The notes under the pieces are model-generated. The model was not told the DNA's origin. It worked only from the letters and a program-made list of their open reading frames with translations, and ran no database searches. A stretch of 64,000 bases of DNA from Amphiscolops sp. MND2022. Its lineage: Eukaryota. A program made the position numbers and the translations under genes. The DNA is taken from contig OZ076409.1 of assembly GCA_964187785.1 (NCBI GenBank), forward strand, positions 62,498,001 to 62,562,000, read 5' to 3'. Shown here piece by piece: positions 60,511 through 64,000 of the stretch; within the stretch, counting starts at the first letter, position 1; each line of letters opens with the position of its first letter.

Positions 60511-63500
60511 ATGAACCAAGATAACGATAGAAGCAACAACGTCCCGCCAAGGTCTACAGATAACTCTCCTGCCTTGGGGCAACGCGTCTATGACACTGCG
60601 CGTGTCCAACGCACCCCACAAATTGCCTTTATTCGAGACAGACTCGACCAAGGTCTGTCGCCAGCTACAGTTGCCGGGGTAGCGGCAATCATTGCCCAGA
60701 TGGAGTCACAATTGCAAGCCCCAATGCTGACGATATCAATTACTTCAGGGTTTCCTGGGTTCCAACGATCCATGACATACCAAGATGGAGTGTGGCACGG
60801 CCATGATCTCACGCATCACTTCACGGATGATCGTGCGGCGATCTCATACAGTCCTGCGAATGGCGGAGTCCATCAGACTAGACCTCTACAGATCCCTTCT
60901 TGCCCGCCTCCACCTCCACCGCCACCTCCTGCATCAACATCACAAGCAGTAGTGCGTGCGCGCACTCCTGCTCCTACAGTGCCTCACTTGCCCAATCAAT
61001 CTATGGCAGAGCAAGCAGTCATCTCAGCACTGCAAGCAGTGGCTGCCAACCCCAATTACGATGATTTCATGCGATCCATGGAGCAGTGTTGGCCAGAACT
61101 ACGTCGAATTGCTCTGCCCACTGTCACTATTCGCAACGACAATGTGACTTCAACTGAAACACGTCAAGGTGTCATCACTATTCCCCACATCAATCCTCAG
61201 TCTGAACAGCCAGGACACTCTCGCACCGTGACTGTAGAGCGCAGTCGTTCGCCTTCCCGCTCTTCTCAAAAGGGAGGAGGAGAGAGCCGCCCTGCCTCAA
61301 GAAAACGCAACGACCCTTCTCCAACAAAAAAGACTCAACAACCACTGACTGCCCGTGACAGTCCCTCGAGCAAGCCACCACCCGACAAAAAGATCTCCAA
61401 CGAGAAGGCCACAACCTCCAAAGCGCCAGACCAAACAAAATCAAAAGTGTCGGAAGCATGCGTGCTTCCCTCACCCCAATCACAACCGGACGTAACAGGC
61501 GAACAACAAGGACTGCCGCAACCACCATCCACGCAGTCTACAACACGCGAGTCGCTGGCTCAACGAGCGACTCCTAAGCCTTCCACATCAAGACAGCCAC
61601 AAACGGAGCAAACTGTGGGTTATCAAGGCACCCCTGAATCTCAGCGAACTGTCAAGGACATAATGGGTGATTACCCAGGGTTGAAGGTAACCAACAGTGG
61701 TCCAACTGGAACCCCACTCCGCAAACAGGCGATTCAACACCCAACTAAGAGGACCTTTACGAAACAGCCGACGTACCTGAGTCCAATGCAAAACACAAAG
61801 GGCACACTGGTCACCAAGGATTCCCGACGTATCTGGGAATCGGCAGTTATAGTATCGCCCGAATGGCTATTTGAGAAGAACATGTGTCCTCCGAATGACG
61901 AAGAGCATGCGAAATTGAAGAAGGCGAATGTACCTGTATTCATGAATCGTCCAATCCGCCCCGACCACACCCCTACCAATGAGCCGCCATGGCTAGGGAA
62001 GGCAATGAACATGCTGCCAAACGTGGAAGAGAATTACTTGGACGCCCTCAACATTGACCTTCGTGGGCAATTCGCTGATCGATATTTCCTCAACGCTGGA
62101 GAGACCTTCGAGATCAACCCACGGTACGCCCGTGACCTCGAAGCCCAGCTACCAATGCCAAAAGAAAGGTTGCAGCGTGCGCGCTTCGCCTTACTTATAG
62201 ACTCAACATTCCTCAAGAATGTCCCCATTGACAATGTGCTGTCAGACGTGATGGTTTTTACTCTACCGCTGTCACGTATTCCCGAGATGGCCGAAGTGTT
62301 GGTCACCATGTTTGACCCTGAGATGACAGGGACCTTCAAAGAGCCACCCCCACGCAGAGTGATCATCAGCAACGTTTTCGATCACATGGCCTGTGAAGGA
62401 CTAATGGCCCAGATCGCAAACGTTGAAATTATAAATCCAAGTCCAGCACAGCGAACAACAGTACGCAATGCAGCATTGAACATGGCCCGAGCCATGGAAA
62501 AAGCCCAAAACATCTTAAAGGATAAACTCAAGGTGCCAGCCCTGTTCGTGACACCCCCAGGTTTCTGCCAATGGCCTCCCGCCTTGCAGAGATTTATCTA
62601 CATGGTAACAGAAGTTTGCAAGTGTAGAGAAATAGACTTTGCGATCTGCGCGCCCAATATGCGGATCGGCTCCAACGACTTTCGTCCCTCCTGGCTTTCC
62701 TACATGGGGTATATTGCCTCAGTGTCTAAAGTGCTACAGTCAGTGGAAAAGACAGGGAACGCGCAGCTGACAATCGACGATGCCATCTACTTTGATCACG
62801 GCACTCGTATGGGCTTGTTAGTATTTAACAACGACGGAGAAAGGCGAGTCCCAGAGCCCAGTACGGCTGAATGCGAGGCAATCCGCCTGAATAACTGGAT
62901 AGAGCGCGCGCGCTCCTCCGGTGGAAAGACTTGTATCAAAACTGATCTTGCAGAAGTCACTGCCATAATGAGCAAAGTCCCCAGCGACCGAGAAGTAGAA
63001 CGAGCCATCCCGCGAGTTCAATTTGCCAAGGACCTCACAATCGATCAATTATCAGTGGGAATGAAGTACATTGCTGCAAAACTGACGAGCGAAACTCAGG
63101 CTGAAATCCAAGCCTTCAGCAGCACCTACGACGCCTGGTACCAGCGGCTACAAACTACCACCGTAGCAGACATTGCAAAAGAGCTTGGGATGTCAACCGA
63201 CCAGTTTGCCATCTGTTTGGGATTGGGTTGGAGTCCCGATGTTATTCGAGTTGAGTTCGATTTAGACGAGAACTGGTTGATCGAAATCAGCAAGATCATC
63301 GGTACCATGCAAGTAAACGAACTCTTTGCACTGATGCTCACTTTCGGGCAGAAACGCTTCGTAGCTGGGCCAATGATGATATTGACCGACCTAGTTACCG
63401 AGTGTAATCTGGAATGGTTATTTTCATATTTGGTGATTGCACGAGGGAATATCTCAGGCCTCACCGCCTTAGCCAAGCTGTTACAACGAAAAGACGCTCA

Positions 63501-64000
63501 GGATTATCCCGCTCACCTGGAGCGCATGACAACTTCATTATATCACTGGATATATTGCAGTCTGGTCTTTGCCTCGGGACTTTTCGTGGGGGTGGATAAG
63601 CACCAACCATTATATGACGGACGTCAGCTAGTGACCGAGGTAGCCGGATTTTTGACACCTAACCAGCTGGCAGATTTCACTTTGGCTGAAGTCGAAGATC
63701 TCGTACCGGTGTTAGCACCCGTGCTAACTCCGATATTTGGCCCAACCGGGATACTTCGCTATCCCACCAAGCCTCTGCGACTGGCCTCGGAGACACTAAC
63801 AGTATCCATCCTGACTTATCTGAAGAACGTGAAACCGCACAACTATCAACAGATGCTTGAACGTGGGCTGTTTCTGCTAGTACCCCGCATGTATACCACC
63901 ATAAAGAATGAGACGCAGCAAGACGAAAACCTGGCCGGTATTCTCAAAGCCCGAACAAAGAAGGCGTGCCCTTTACCTCGCGAATACGGCCCGGTGAATT
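60511..64000 (+). CDS. Additional Gypsy ORF of >=1163 aa, open to the window end: Pro/Ser-rich N-half, SGNH-like fold, HTH-like motif
   Basis: Manual translation from ATG 60511 (MNQDNDRSNNVPPR...) shows no stop through 64000; absent from the track because it has no stop. Preceded by acceptor-like CACTCTTTCAG (60490-60500). Confidence 0.9.
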   Translation, partial: MNQDNDRSNNVPPRSTDNSPALGQRVYDTARVQRTPQIAFIRDRLDQGLSPATVAGVAAIIAQMESQLQAPMLTISITSGFPGFQRSMTYQDGVWHGHDLTHHFTDDRAAISYSPANGGVHQTRPLQIPSCPPPPPPPPPASTSQAVVRARTPAPTVPHLPNQSMAEQAVISALQAVAANPNYDDFMRSMEQCWPELRRIALPTVTIRNDNVTSTETRQGVITIPHINPQSEQPGHSRTVTVERSRSPSRSSQKGGGESRPASRKRNDPSPTKKTQQPLTARDSPSSKPPPDKKISNEKATTSKAPDQTKSKVSEACVLPSPQSQPDVTGEQQGLPQPPSTQSTTRESLAQRATPKPSTSRQPQTEQTVGYQGTPESQRTVKDIMGDYPGLKVTNSGPTGTPLRKQAIQHPTKRTFTKQPTYLSPMQNTKGTLVTKDSRRIWESAVIVSPEWLFEKNMCPPNDEEHAKLKKANVPVFMNRPIRPDHTPTNEPPWLGKAMNMLPNVEENYLDALNIDLRGQFADRYFLNAGETFEINPRYARDLEAQLPMPKERLQRARFALLIDSTFLKNVPIDNVLSDVMVFTLPLSRIPEMAEVLVTMFDPEMTGTFKEPPPRRVIISNVFDHMACEGLMAQIANVEIINPSPAQRTTVRNAALNMARAMEKAQNILKDKLKVPALFVTPPGFCQWPPALQRFIYMVTEVCKCREIDFAICAPNMRIGSNDFRPSWLSYMGYIASVSKVLQSVEKTGNAQLTIDDAIYFDHGTRMGLLVFNNDGERRVPEPSTAECEAIRLNNWIERARSSGGKTCIKTDLAEVTAIMSKVPSDREVERAIPRVQFAKDLTIDQLSVGMKYIAAKLTSETQAEIQAFSSTYDAWYQRLQTTTVADIAKELGMSTDQFAICLGLGWSPDVIRVEFDLDENWLIEISKIIGTMQVNELFALMLTFGQKRFVAGPMMILTDLVTECNLEWLFSYLVIARGNISGLTALAKLLQRKDAQDYPAHLERMTTSLYHWIYCSLVFASGLFVGVDKHQPLYDGRQLVTEVAGFLTPNQLADFTLAEVEDLVPVLAPVLTPIFGPTGILRYPTKPLRLASETLTVSILTYLKNVKPHNYQQMLERGLFLLVPRMYTTIKNETQQDENLAGILKARTKKACPLPREYGPVN

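Larger units (their letters stand above)
47395..64000 (+). mobile_element. Very large Ty3/Gypsy LTR retrotransposon; 3' end outside the window
   Basis: LTR, PBS, gag-PR-RT-RNaseH-IN domain order, and an additional downstream ORF. Confidence 0.95.

Noticed and set aside
50866..63658. Many short antisense ORFs within the Gypsy element, and antisense ORFs over host exons
   Set aside because: Shadows of the sense coding frames; no motifs.
60511..64000. env gene call for the extra ORF
   Set aside because: No signal peptide, convincing furin-site/fusion-peptide arrangement or clear TM anchor in the visible part.

Overview
Eukaryotic (invertebrate-animal-like) genomic DNA: AT-rich, intron-rich and dense in transposons. 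(1) 1-4.8 kb: minus-strand CR1/L2-type LINE whose ORF2 begins with a 2A-like peptide. Its ORF1 is split by nested foldback MITEs with 9-bp TSDs, and next to it lies a Penelope-like fragment with a minimal hammerhead motif. (2) 10.3-34.5 kb (+): multi-exon Ataxin-2 gene (LSm, LsmAD, PAM2). One intron holds a same-strand TMEM272-like exon set whose first acceptor is in phase with the upstream Ataxin-2 exon. (3) 40.8-46.4 kb (-): 3' part of a FOG/ZFPM-type zinc-finger gene, with an in-frame upstream exon resembling a Crypton/DUF3504 domain. (4) 47.4 kb to the window end (+): very large Ty3/Gypsy element (>16.6 kb). It has an LTR, PBS, 2.3-kb leader and a gag-pol with a duplicated protease, AT-hooks and two macro-like domains, then an extra ORF of >1160 aa (SGNH-like and HTH-like) that the ORF track missed because it runs off the window. 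Two DINE-1/HINE-like families and several MITEs fill the introns. All domain calls are by-eye motif recognition, not database searches.
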